64,000 nucleotides of DNA, from the NCBI GenBank assembly GCA_032718475.1, contig JAUCBJ010000844.1:1-64000 (forward strand), given 5' to 3'. Numbering within the stretch: position 1 is the first letter of the stretch; each line of letters opens with the position of its first letter. The notes under the pieces were generated by a model. The model was not told the origin of the DNA. It worked only from the letters and a program-made list of their open reading frames with translations, and made no database searches. Position numbers and translations under genes: made by a program. Positions 42,001 through 56,614 of this stretch are shown here, piece after piece. Origin of the DNA: Nemertoderma westbladi. Taxonomy: Eukaryota > Animalia > Xenacoelomorpha.

Positions 42001-45000
42001 CAAACTTTAGACTTACTGTAATAGCAAACTTTATACTTACTGTAATAGCAAACCTTATACTTACTGTAATAGCAAACTTTATACTTACTGTAATAGCAAA
42101 CTTTATACTTACTGTAATAGCAAACTTTATACTTACTGCAATAGCAAACTTTATACTTACTGTAATAGCAAACTTTATACTTACGGTAATAGTAAACTTT
42201 ATACTTTCAGTAATAGCAAACTTTATACTTACTGTAATAGCAAACTTTAGACTTACTGTAATAGCAAACTTTATACTTACTGTAATAGCAAACCTTATAC
42301 TTACTGTAATAGCAAACTTTATACTTACTGTAATAGCAAACTTTATACTTACTGTAATAGCAAACTTTATACTTACTGCAATAGCAAACTTTATACTTAC
42401 TGTAATAGCAAACTTTATACTTACAGTAATAGCAAACTTTATACTTACTGTAATAGCAAACTTTATACTTACTGCAATAGCAAACTTTATACTTTCAGTA
42501 ATAGCAAACTTTATACTTACAGTAATAGCAAACTTTATACTTACTGTAATAGCAAACTTTATACTTACTGTAATAGCAAACTTTATACTTACTATAATAG
42601 CAAACTTTATACTTACAGTAATAGCAAACTTTATACTTACTGTAATAGCAAACTTTATACTTACTGTAATAGCAAACTTTATACTTACTGTAATAGCAAA
42701 CTTTATACTTACTGTAATAGCAAACTTTATACTTACTGTAATAGCAAACTTTATACTTACTGTAATAGCAAACTTTATACTTACTGTAATAGCAAACTTT
42801 ATACTTACTGTAATAGCAAACTTTATACTTACTGTAATAGCAAACTTTATACTTACAGTAATAGCAAACTTTATACTTACTGTAATAGCAAACTTTATAC
42901 TTACTGTAATAGCAAACTTTATACTTAACTGTAATAGCAAACTTTATACTTACTGTAATAGCAAACTTTATACTTACTGTAATAGCAAACTTTATACTTA
43001 CTGTAATAGCAAACTTTATACTTACTGTAATATCAAACTTTATACTTACTGTAATAGCAAACTTTATACTTACTGTATTAGCAAATTTTATACTTACTGT
43101 AATGAGCAAACTTTATACTTACTGTAATAGCAAACTTTATACTTACTGTAATAGCAAACTTTATACTTACTGCAATAGCAAACTTTATACTTACTGTAAT
43201 AGCAAACTTTATACTTACTGTAATAGCAAACTTTATACTTACTGTAATAGCAAACTTTATACTTACTGTAATAGCAACCTTTATACTTACTGTAATAGCA
43301 AACTTTATACTTACTGTAATAGCAAACTTTATACTTACTGTAATAGCAAACTTTATACTTACTGTAATAGCAAACTTTATACTTACTGTAATAGCAAACT
43401 TTATACTTACTGTAATAGCAACCTTTATACTTACTGTAATAGCAAACTTTATACTTACTGTAATAGCAAACTTTATACTTACTGTAATAGCAAACTTTAT
43501 ACTTACTGTAATAGCAACCTTTATACTTACTGTAATAGCAAACTTTATACTTACTGTAATAGCAAACTTTATACTTACTGTAATAGCAAACTTTATACTT
43601 ACTGTAATAGCAAACTTTATACTTACTGTAATAGCAAACTTTATACTTACTGCAATAGCAAACTTTATACTTACTGTAATAGCAAACTTTATACTTACTG
43701 TAATAGCAAACTTTATACTTACTGTAATAGCAAACTTTATACTTACTGTAATAGCAACCTTTATACTTACTGTAATAGCAAACTTTATACTTACTGTAAT
43801 AGCAAACTTTATCCTTACTGTAATAGCAAACTTTATACTTACTGTAATAGCAAACTTTATACGTACTGTAATAGCAAACTTTATACTTACAGTAATAGCA
43901 AACTTTATACTTACTGTAATAGCAAACTTTAGACTTACTGTAATAGCAAACTTTATACGTACTGTAATAGCAAACTTTATACTTACTGTAATGAGCAAAC
44001 ATTATACTTACTGTAATAGCAAACTTTATACGTACTGTAATAGCAAACTTTATACTTACAGTAATAGCAAACTTTATACTTACTGTAATAGCAAACTTTA
44101 TACTTACTGTAATAGCAAACTTTATACTTACTGTAATTGCAAACTTTATACTTACTGTAATAGCAAACTTTATACTTACTGTAATAGCAAACTTTATACT
44201 TACTGTAATAGCAAACTTTATACTTACAGTAATAGCAAACTTTATACTTACTGTAATAGCAAGCTTTAGACTTACTGTAATAGCAAACTTTATACTTACA
44301 GTAATAGCAAACTTTATACTTACAGTAATAGCAAACTTTAGACTTACTGTAATAGCAAGCTTTAGACTTACTGTAATAGCAAACTTTATACTTACAGTAA
44401 TAGCAAACTTTATACTTACTGTAATAGCAAACTTTAGACTTACTGTAATAGCAAACTTTATACTTACAGTAATAGCAAACTTTATACTTACTGTAATAGC
44501 AAACTTTATACTTACAGTAATAGCAAACTTTATACTTACTGTAATAGCAAACTTTAGACTTACTGTAATAGCAAACTTTATACTTACAGTAATAGCAAAC
44601 TTTATACTTACTGTAATAGCAAACTTTATACTTACTGTAATAGCAAACTTTATACTTACAGTAATAGCAAACTTTATACTTACTGTAATAGCAAACTTTA
44701 TACTTACTGTAATAGCAAACTTTATACTTACTGTAATAGCAAACTTTATACTTACTGTAATAGCAAACTTTATACTTACTGTAATAGCAAACCTTATACT
44801 TAATGTAATAGCAAACTTTATACTTACTGTAATAGCAAACTTTATACTTACTGTAATAGCAAACTTTATACTTACGGTAATAGTAAACTTTATACTTACT
44901 GTAATAGCAAACTTTAGACTTACTGTAATAGCAACCTTTATACTTACTGTAATAGCAAACTTTAGACTTACTGTAATAGCAAACTTTATACTTACTGTAA

Positions 45001-48000
45001 TAGCAAACTTTATACTTACGGTAATAGTAAACTTTATACTTACTGTAATAGCAAACTTTAGACTTACTGTAATAGCAAACTTTATACTTACTGTAATGAG
45101 CAAACATTATACTTACTGTAATAGCAAACTTTATACGTACTGTAATAGCAAACTTTATACTTACAGTAATAGCAAACTTTATACTTACTGTAATAGCAAA
45201 CTTTATACTTACTGTAATAGCAAACTTTATACTTACTGTAATAGCAAACTTTATACTTACTGTAATAGCAAACTTTATACTTACTGTAATAGCAAACTTT
45301 ATACTTACTGTAATAGCAAACTTTATACTTACAGTAATAGCAAACTTTATACTTACTGTAATAGCAAGCTTTAGACTTACTGTAATAGCAAACTTTATAC
45401 TTACAGTAATAGCAAACTTTATACTTACAGTAATAGCAAACTTTAGACTTACTGTAATAGCAAGCTTTAGACTTACTGTAATAGCAAACTTTATACTTAC
45501 AGTAATAGCAAACTTTATACTTACTGTAATAGCAAACTTTAGACTTACTGTAATAGCAAACTTTATACTTACAGTAATAGCAAACTTTATACTTACTGTA
45601 ATAGCAAACTTTATACTTACAGTAATAGCAAACTTTATACTTACTGTAATAGCAAACTTTAGACTTACTGTAATAGCAAACTTTATACTTACAGTAATAG
45701 CAAACTTTATACTTACTGTAATAGCAAACTTTATACTTACTGTAATAGCAAACTTTATACTTACAGTAATAGCAAACTTTATACTTACTGTAATAGCAAA
45801 CTTTATACTTACTGTAATAGCAAACTTTATACTTACTGTAATAGCAAACTTTATACTTACTGTAATAGCAAACTTTATACTTACTGTAATAGCAAACCTT
45901 ATACTTAATGTAATAGCAAACTTTATACTTACTGTAATAGCAAACTTTATACTTACTGTAATAGCAAACTTTATACTTACGGTAATAGTAAACTTTATAC
46001 TTACTGTAATAGCAAACTTTAGACTTACTGTAATAGCAACCTTTATACTTACTGTAATAGCAAACTTTAGACTTACTGTAATAGCAAACTTTATACTTAC
46101 TGTAATAGCAAACTTTATACTTACGGTAATAGTAAACTTTATACTTACTGTAATAGCAAACTTTAGACTTACTGTAATAGCAAACTTTATACTTACTGTA
46201 ATAGCAAACTTTATACTTACGGTAATAGTAAACTTTATACTTACAGTAATAGCAAACTTTATACTTACTGTAATAGCAAACTTTAGACTTACTGTAATAG
46301 CAAACTTTATACTTACTGTAATAGCAAACTTTATACTTACTGTAATAGCAAACTTTATACTTACGGTAATAGTAAACTTTATACTTACAGTAATAGCAAA
46401 CTTTATACTTACTGTAATAGCAAACTTTAGACTTACTGTAATAGCAAACTTTATACTTACTGTAATAGCAAACTTTAGACTTACTGTAATAGCAAACTTT
46501 ATACTTACTGTAATAGCAAACTTTATACTTACGGTAATAGTAAACTTTATACTTACTGTAATAGCAAACTTTAGACTTACTGTAATAGCAAACTTTATAC
46601 TTACTGTAATAGCAAACTTTAGACTTACTGTAATAGCAAACTTTATACTTACTGTAATAGCAAACTTTATACTTACGGTAATAGTAAACTTTATACTTAC
46701 TGTAATAGCAAACTTTAGACTTACTGTAATATCAAACTTTATACTTACTGTAATAGCAAACTTTATACTTACGGTAATAGTAAACTTTATACTTACAGTA
46801 ATAGCAAACTTTATACTTACTGTAATAGCAAACTTTAGACTTACTGTAATAGCAAACTTTATACTTACTGTAATAGCAAACCTTATACTTACTGTAATAG
46901 CAAACTTTATACTTACTGTAATAGCAAACTTTATACTTACTGTAATAGCAAACTTTATACTTACTGTAATAGCAAACTTTATACTTACTGTAATAGCAAA
47001 CTTTATACTTACTGTATTAGCAAATTTTATACTTACTGTATTAGCAAATTTTATACTTACTGTAATGAGCAAACTTTATACTTACTGTAATAGCAAACTT
47101 TATACTTACTGTAATAGCAAACTTTATACTTACGGTAATAGTAAACTTTATACTTACAGTAATAGCAAACTTTATACTTACTGTAATAGCAAACTTTATA
47201 CTTACTGTAATAGCAAACTTTATACTTACTGTAATAGCAAACTTTATACTTACTGTAATAGTAAACTTTATACTTACTATAATAGCAAACTTTATACTTA
47301 CTGTAATAGCAAACTTTATACTTACTGTAATAGCAAACCTTATACTTACTGTAATAGCAAACTTTATACTTACTGTAATACCAAACTTTATACTTACTGT
47401 AATAGCAAACTTTATACTTACTGTAATAGCAAACTTTATACTTACTGTAATAGCAAACCTTATACTTACTGTAATAGCAAACTTTATACTTACTGTAATA
47501 GCAAACTTTATACTTACTATAATAGCAAACCTTATACTTACTGTAATAGCAAACTTTATACTTACTGTAATAGCAAACTTTATACTTACTATAATAGCAA
47601 ACCTTATACTTACTGTAATAGTAAACTTTATACTTACTGTAATAGCAAACCTTATACTTACTGTAATAGCAAACTTTATACTTACTGTAATAGCAAACTT
47701 TATACTTACTGTAATAGCAAACCTTATACTTACTGTAATAGCAAACTTTATACTTACTGTAATAGCAAACTTTATACTTACTATAATAGCAAACCTTATA
47801 CTTACAGTAATAGCAAACTTTATACTTACTGTAATAGCAAACTTTATACTTACAGTAATAGCAAACTTTATACTTACAGTAATAGCAAACTTTATACTTA
47901 CTGTAATAGCAAACTTTATACTTACTGTAATAGCAAACTTTATACTTACTGCAATAGCAAACTTTAGACTTACTGTAATAGCAAACTTTATACTTACTGT

Positions 48001-51000
48001 AATAGCAAACTTTATACTTACAGTAATAGCAAACTTTAGACTTACTGTAATAGCAAACTTTATACGTACTGTAATAGCAAACTTTATACTTACTGTAATA
48101 GCAAACTTTATACTTACTGCAATAGCAAACTTTAGACTTACTGTAATAGCAAACTTTATACTTACTGTAATAGCAAACTTTATACTTACAGTAATAGCAA
48201 ACTTTATACTTACTGTAATAGCAAACTTTATATTTACTGTAATAGCAAACTTTATACTTACTGTAATAGCAAACTTTATACTTACTGTAATAGCAAACTT
48301 TATACTTACTGTATTAGCAAATTTTATACTTACTGTAATAGCAAACTTTATACTTACTATAATAGCAAATTTTATACTTACTGTAATAGCAAACTTTATA
48401 CTTACAGTAATAGCAAACTTTATACTTACTGTAATAGCAAACTTTATACTTACAGTAATAGCAAACTTTATACTTACTGTAATAGCAAACTTTATACTTA
48501 CAGTAATAGCAAACTTTATACTTACAGTAATAGCAAACTTTATACTTACTGTAATAGCAAACTTTATACTTACAGTAATAGCAAACTTTATACTTACTGT
48601 AATAGCAAACTTTATACTTACAGTAATAGCAAACTTTATACTTACAGTAATAGCAAACTTTATACTTACTGTAATAGCAAACTTTATACTTACAGTAATA
48701 GCAAACTTTATACTTACAGTAATAGCAAACTTTATACTTACTGTAATAGCAAACTTTATACTTACGGTAATAGTAAACTTTATACTTACTGTAATAGCAA
48801 ACTTTAGACTTACTGTAATAGCAAACTTTATACTTACTGTAATAGCAAACTTTATACTTCGGTAATAGTAAACTTTATACTTACAGTAATAGCAAACTTT
48901 ATACTTGCTGTAATAGCAAACCTTATACTTACTGTAATAGCAAACTTTATACTTACTGTAATAGCAAACTTTATACTTACTGCAATAGCAAACTTTATAC
49001 TTACAGTAATAGCAAACTTTATACTTACTGTAATAGCAAACTTTATACTTACTGTAATAGCAAACTTTATACTTACTGTAATAGCAAACTTTATACTTAC
49101 AGTAATAGCAAACTTTATACTTACAGTAATAGCAAACTTTATACTTACTGTAATAGCAAACTTTAGACTTACTGTAATAGCAAACTTTATACTTACTGCA
49201 ATAGCAAACTTTAGACTTACTGTAATAGCAAACTTTATACTTACTGTAATAGCAAACTTTATACTTACAGTAATAGCAAACTTTAGACTTACTGTAATAG
49301 CAAACTTTATACGTACTGTAATAGCAAACTTTATACTTACTGTAATAGCAAACTTTATACTTACTGCAATAGCAAACTTTAGACTTACTGTAATAGCAAA
49401 CTTTATACTTACTGTAATAGCAAACTTTATACTTACAGTAATAGCAAACTTTATACTTACTGTAATACCAAACTTTATATTTACTGTAATAGCAAACTTT
49501 ATACTTACTGTAATAGCAAACTTTATACTTACTGTAATAGCAAACTTTATACTTACTGTATTAGCAAATTTTATACTTACTGTAATAGCAAACTTTATAC
49601 TTACTATAATAGCAAATTTTATACTTACTGTAATAGCAAACTTTATACTTACAGTAATAGCAAACTTTATACTTACTGTAATAGCAAACTTTATACTTAC
49701 AGTAATAGCAAACTTTATACTTACTGTAATAGCAAACTTTATACTTACAGTAATAGCAAACTTTATACTTACAGTAATAGCAAACTTTATACTTACTGTA
49801 ATAGCAAACTTTATACTTACAGTAATAGCAAACTTTATACTTACTGTAATAGCAAACTTTATACTTACAGTAATAGCAAACTTTATACTTACAGTAATAG
49901 CAAACTTTATACTTACTGTAATAGCAAACTTTATACTTACAGTAATAGCAAACTTTATACTTACAGTAATAGCAAACTTTATACTTACTGTAATAGCAAA
50001 CTTTATACTTACTGTAATAGCAAACTTTATACTTACTGTAATAGCAAACTTTATACTTACGGTAATAGTAAACTTTATACTTACTGTAATAGCAAACTTT
50101 AGACTTACTGTAATAGCAACCTTTATACTTACTGTAATAGCAAACTTTAGACTTACTGTAATAGCAAACTTTATACTTACTGTAATAGCAAACTTTATAC
50201 TTACGGTAATAGTAAACTTTATACTTACTGTAATAGCAAACTTTAGACTTACTGTAATAGCAAACTTTATACTTACTGTAATGAGCAAACATTATACTTA
50301 CTGTAATAGCAAACTTTATACGTACTGTAATAGCAAACTTTATACTTACAGTAATAGCAAACTTTATACTTACTGTAATAGCAAACTTTATACTTACTGT
50401 AATAGCAAACTTTATACTTACTGTAATAGCAAACTTTATACTTACTGTAATAGCAAACTTTATACTTACTGTAATAGCAAACTTTATACTTACTGTAATA
50501 GCAAACTTTATACTTACAGTAATAGCAAACTTTATACTTACTGTAATAGCAAGCTTTAGACTTACTGTAATAGCAAACTTTATACTTACAGTAATAGCAA
50601 ACTTTATACTTACAGTAATAGCAAACTTTAGACTTACTGTAATAGCAAGCTTTAGACTTACTGTAATAGCAAACTTTATACTTACAGTAATAGCAAACTT
50701 TATACTTACTGTAATAGCAAACTTTAGACTTACTGTAATAGCAAACTTTATACTTACAGTAATAGCAAACTTTATACTTACTGTAATAGCAAACTTTATA
50801 CTTACAGTAATAGCAAACTTTATACTTACTGTAATAGCAAACTTTAGACTTACTGTAATAGCAAACTTTATACTTACAGTAATAGCAAACTTTATACTTA
50901 CTGTAATAGCAAACTTTATACTTACTGTAATAGCAAACTTTATACTTACAGTAATAGCAAACTTTATACTTACTGTAATAGCAAACTTTATACTTACTGT

Positions 51001-54000
51001 AATAGCAAACTTTATACTTACTGTAATAGCAAACTTTATACTTACTGTAATAGCAAACTTTATACTTACTGTAATAGCAAACCTTATACTTAATGTAATA
51101 GCAAACTTTATACTTACTGTAATAGCAAACTTTATACTTACTGTAATAGCAAACTTTATACTTACGGTAATAGTAAACTTTATACTTACTGTAATAGCAA
51201 ACTTTAGACTTACTGTAATAGCAACCTTTATACTTACTGTAATAGCAAACTTTAGACTTACTGTAATAGCAAACTTTATACTTACTGTAATAGCAAACTT
51301 TATACTTACGGTAATAGTAAACTTTATACTTACTGTAATAGCAAACTTTAGACTTACTGTAATAGCAAACTTTATACTTACTGTAATAGCAAACTTTATA
51401 CTTACGGTAATAGTAAACTTTATACTTACAGTAATAGCAAACTTTATACTTACTGTAATAGCAAACTTTAGACTTACTGTAATAGCAAACTTTATACTTA
51501 CTGTAATAGCAAACTTTATACTTACTGTAATAGCAAACTTTATACTTACGGTAATAGTAAACTTTATACTTACAGTAATAGCAAACTTTATACTTACTGT
51601 AATAGCAAACTTTAGACTTACTGTAATAGCAAACTTTATACTTACTGTAATAGCAAACTTTAGACTTACTGTAATAGCAAACTTTATACTTACTGTAATA
51701 GCAAACTTTATACTTACGGTAATAGTAAACTTTATACTTACTGTAATAGCAAACTTTAGACTTACTGTAATAGCAAACTTTATACTTACTGTAATAGCAA
51801 ACTTTAGACTTACTGTAATAGCAAACTTTATACTTACTGTAATAGCAAACTTTATACTTACGGTAATAGTAAACTTTATACTTACTGTAATAGCAAACTT
51901 TAGACTTACTGTAATAGCAAACTTTATACTTACTGTAATAGCAAACTTTATACTTACGGTAATAGTAAACTTTATACTTACAGTAATAGCAAACTTTATA
52001 CTTACTGTAATAGCAAACTTTAGACTTACTGTAATAGCAAACTTTATACTTACTGTAATAGCAAACCTTATACTTACTGTAATAGCAAACTTTATACTTA
52101 CTGTAATAGCAAACTTTATACTTACTGTAATAGCAAACTTTATACTTACTGTAATAGCAAACTTTATACTTACTGTAATAGCAAACTTTATACTTACTGT
52201 ATTAGCAAATTTTATACTTACTGTATTAGCAAATTTTATACTTACTGTAATGAGCAAACTTTATACTTACTGTAATAGCAAACTTTATACTTACTGTAAT
52301 AGCAAACTTTATACTTACGGTAATAGTAAACTTTATACTTACAGTAATAGCAAACTTTATACTTACTGTAATAGCAAACTTTATACTTACTGTAATAGCA
52401 AACTTTATACTTACTGTAATAGCAAACTTTATACTTACTGTAATAGTAAACTTTATACTTACTATAATAGCAAACTTTATACTTACTGTAATAGCAAACT
52501 TTATACTTACTGTAATAGCAAACCTTATACTTACTGTAATAGCAAACTTTATACTTACTGTAATACCAAACTTTATACTTACTGTAATAGCAAACTTTAT
52601 ACTTACTGTAATAGCAAACTTTATACTTACTGTAATAGCAAACCTTATACTTACTGTAATAGCAAACTTTATACTTACTGTAATAGCAAACTTTATACTT
52701 ACTATAATAGCAAACCTTATACTTACTGTAATAGCAAACTTTATACTTACTGTAATAGCAAACTTTATACTTACTATAATAGCAAACCTTATACTTACTG
52801 TAATAGTAAACTTTATACTTACTGTAATAGCAAACCTTATACTTACTGTAATAGCAAACTTTATACTTACTGTAATAGCAAACTTTATACTTACTGTAAT
52901 AGCAAACCTTATACTTACTGTAATAGCAAACTTTATACTTACTGTAATAGCAAACTTTATACTTACTATAATAGCAAACCTTATACTTACAGTAATAGCA
53001 AACTTTATACTTACTGTAATAGCAAACTTTATACTTACAGTAATAGCAAACTTTATACTTACAGTAATAGCAAACTTTATACTTACTGTAATAGCAAACT
53101 TTATACTTACTGTAATAGCAAACTTTATACTTACTGCAATAGCAAACTTTAGACTTACTGTAATAGCAAACTTTATACTTACTGTAATAGCAAACTTTAT
53201 ACTTACAGTAATAGCAAACTTTAGACTTACTGTAATAGCAAACTTTATACGTACTGTAATAGCAAACTTTATACTTACTGTAATAGCAAACTTTATACTT
53301 ACTGCAATAGCAAACTTTAGACTTACTGTAATAGCAAACTTTATACTTACTGTAATAGCAAACTTTATACTTACAGTAATAGCAAACTTTATACTTACTG
53401 TAATAGCAAACTTTATATTTACTGTAATAGCAAACTTTATACTTACTGTAATAGCAAACTTTATACTTACTGTAATAGCAAACTTTATACTTACTGTATT
53501 AGCAAATTTTATACTTACTGTAATAGCAAACTTTATACTTACTATAATAGCAAATTTTATACTTACTGTAATAGCAAACTTTATACTTACAGTAATAGCA
53601 AACTTTATACTTACTGTAATAGCAAACTTTATACTTACAGTAATAGCAAACTTTATACTTACTGTAATAGCAAACTTTATACTTACAGTAATAGCAAACT
53701 TTATACTTACAGTAATAGCAAACTTTATACTTACTGTAATAGCAAACTTTATACTTACAGTAATAGCAAACTTTATACTTACTGTAATAGCAAACTTTAT
53801 ACTTACAGTAATAGCAAACTTTATACTTACAGTAATAGCAAACTTTATACTTACTGTAATAGCAAACTTTATACTTACAGTAATAGCAAACTTTATACTT
53901 ACAGTAATAGCAAACTTTATACTTACTGTAATAGCAAACTTTATACTTACGGTAATAGTAAACTTTATACTTACTGTAATAGCAAACTTTAGACTTACTG

Positions 54001-56060
54001 TAATAGCAAACTTTATACTTACTGTAATAGCAAACTTTATACTTCGGTAATAGTAAACTTTATACTTACAGTAATAGCAAACTTTATACTTGCTGTAATA
54101 GCAAACCTTATACTTACTGTAATAGCAAACTTTATACTTACTGTAATAGCAAACTTTATACTTACTGCAATAGCAAACTTTATACTTACAGTAATAGCAA
54201 ACTTTATACTTACTGTAATAGCAAACTTTATACTTACTGTAATAGCAAACTTTATACTTACTGTAATAGCAAACTTTATACTTACAGTAATAGCAAACTT
54301 TATACTTACAGTAATAGCAAACTTTATACTTACTGTAATAGCAAACTTTATACTTACTGTAATAGCAAACTTTATACTTACTGCAATAGCAAACTTTAGA
54401 CTTACTGTAATAGCAAACTTTATACTTACTGTAATAGCAAACTTTATACTTACAGTAATAGCAAACTTTAGACTTACTGTAATAGCAAACTTTATACGTA
54501 CTGTAATAGCAAACTTTATACTTACTGTAATAGCAAACTTTATACTTACTGCAATAGCAAACTTTAGACTTACTGTAATAGCAAACTTTATACTTACTGT
54601 AATAGCAAACTTTATACTTACAGTAATAGCAAACTTTATACTTACTGTAATAGCAAACTTTATATTTACTGTAATAGCAAACTTTATACTTACTGTAATA
54701 GCAAACTTTATACTTACTGTAATAGCAAACTTTATACTTACTGTATTAGCAAATTTTATACTTACTGTAATAGCAAACTTTATACTTACTATAATAGCAA
54801 ATTTTATACTTACTGTAATAGCAAACTTTATACTTACAGTAATAGCAAACTTTATACTTACTGTAATAGCAAACTTTATACTTACAGTAATAGCAAACTT
54901 TATACTTACTGTAATAGCAAACTTTATACTTACAGTAATAGCAAACTTTATACTTACAGTAATAGCAAACTTTATACTTACTGTAATAGCAAACTTTATA
55001 CTTACAGTAATAGCAAACTTTATACTTACTGTAATAGCAAACTTTATACTTACAGTAATAGCAAACTTTATACTTACAGTAATAGCAAACTTTATACTTA
55101 CTGTAATAGCAAACTTTATACTTACAGTAATAGCAAACTTTATACTTACAGTAATAGCAAACTTTATACTTACTGTAATAGCAAACTTTATACTTACGGT
55201 AATAGTAAACTTTATACTTACTGTAATAGCAAACTTTAGACTTACTGTAATAGCAAACTTTATACTTACTGTAATAGCAAACTTTATACTTCGGTAATAG
55301 TAAACTTTATACTTACAGTAATAGCAAACTTTATACTTGCTGTAATAGCAAACCTTATACTTACTGTAATAGCAAACTTTATACTTACTGTAATAGCAAA
55401 CTTTATACTTACTGCAATAGCAAACTTTATACTTACAGTAATAGCAAACTTTATACTTACTGTAATAGCAAACTTTATACTTACTGTAATAGCAAACTTT
55501 ATACTTACTGCAATAGCAAACTTTATACTTACAGTAATAGCAAACTTTATACTTACTGTAATAGCAAACCTTATACTTACTGTAATAGCAAACTTTATAC
55601 TTACTGTAATAGCAAACTTTATACTTACTGCAATAGCAAACTTTATACTTACAGTAATAGCAAACTTTATACTTACTATAATAGCAAATTTTATACTTAC
55701 TGTAATAGCAAACCTTATACTTACTGTAATAGCAAACTTTATACTTACTGTAATAGCAAACTTTATACTTACTGTAATAGCAAACTTTATACTTACTGTA
55801 ATAGCAAACCTTATACTTACTGTAATAGCAAACTTTATACTTACTGTAATAGCAAACTTTATACTTACTGTAATAGCAAACCTTATACTTACTGCAATAG
55901 CAAACTTTATACTTACTGTAATAGCAAACTTTATACTTACTGTAATAGCAAACTTTATACTTACTGTAATAGCAAACTTTATACTTACTGTAATAGCAAA
56001 CTTTATACTTACTGTAATAGCAAACTTTATACTTACTGTAATAGCAAACTTTATACTTAC
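30056..56060 (-). repeat. 24-bp satellite, about 1080 copies (26 kb), equal to the first 24 nt of the intron after exon 56061
   Basis: Minus-strand unit GTAAGTATAAAGTTTGCTATTACA; begins exactly at the donor; higher-order periods of 621, 1105, 3121 and 5185 bp. Confidence 0.97.
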
Positions 56061-56138
56061 AATGAATAAGTTTATGTTCTTCCATAGCTGAATTCGATTC
56101 AAATACTTCATCGCACAAAGGACAGGGAAACTTTGGCG
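56061..56138 (-). CDS. C2H2 zinc-finger gene, internal exon (PKFPCPLCDEVFESNSAMEEHKLIH)
   Basis: ttttcAG|78 nt|GTAAGT; phase 1-1; starts with the same CGCCAAAGTTT as exon 56232-56309, suggesting exon duplication. Confidence 0.9.
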
Positions 56139-56231
56139 CTGAAAATTTGCAATAAAGTAGAAAATTAATATATTACGAAGCAATAAACCTATTAATCAAT
56201 CTAAATTATAATTGCTACTTGTTGAACTCAC

Positions 56232-56309
56232 CATGTATTTTATTGTGTACTTCCACTTCAGGTTTAGTGTGAAATCTTTCATCGCACTTTGGACATTTAA
56301 ACTTTGGCG
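56232..56309 (-). CDS. C2H2 zinc-finger gene, internal exon (PKFKCPKCDERFHTKPEVEVHNKIH)
   Basis: atttcAG|78 nt|GTGAGT; phase 1-1. Confidence 0.9.
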
Positions 56310-56614
56310 CTGAAATATAATAAATTTAGGTTTTGATTAAGATAATTACAGTACTATGTAATACTATTAGAAAAATGCAGGGGGGGGGTGGTTGGGGGGT
56401 GGGACTGGACGCAAATCCCCTCTCGGCGAATTAATATTTTGCAACAATTTTTGATGATAAATTCAGGAAAAGGAACAGGTTACGGGCACGTTATATTAAC
56501 CAAAACAATAAACTAAAGTGAATGGGACAGGTCACAGTTTATTTTTGGGAGTAAACTCTATGTTATTTTCTTCGATTTTCCCCTGGAGAGGGACGAATAT
56601 CGTTTGCGTCGAAT

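Noticed and set aside
30056-56060. Canonical recursive-splicing ratchet points
   Set aside because: The motif is CAGTAAGT with a shared G rather than AG|GT, so splicing to the AG would not regenerate a donor.
30638-56183. Long ORFs of ITVSIKFA / YYSKYKVC / YTYCNSKL repeats
   Set aside because: They are translations of a stop-free 24-bp satellite in several frames on both strands, not independent genes.
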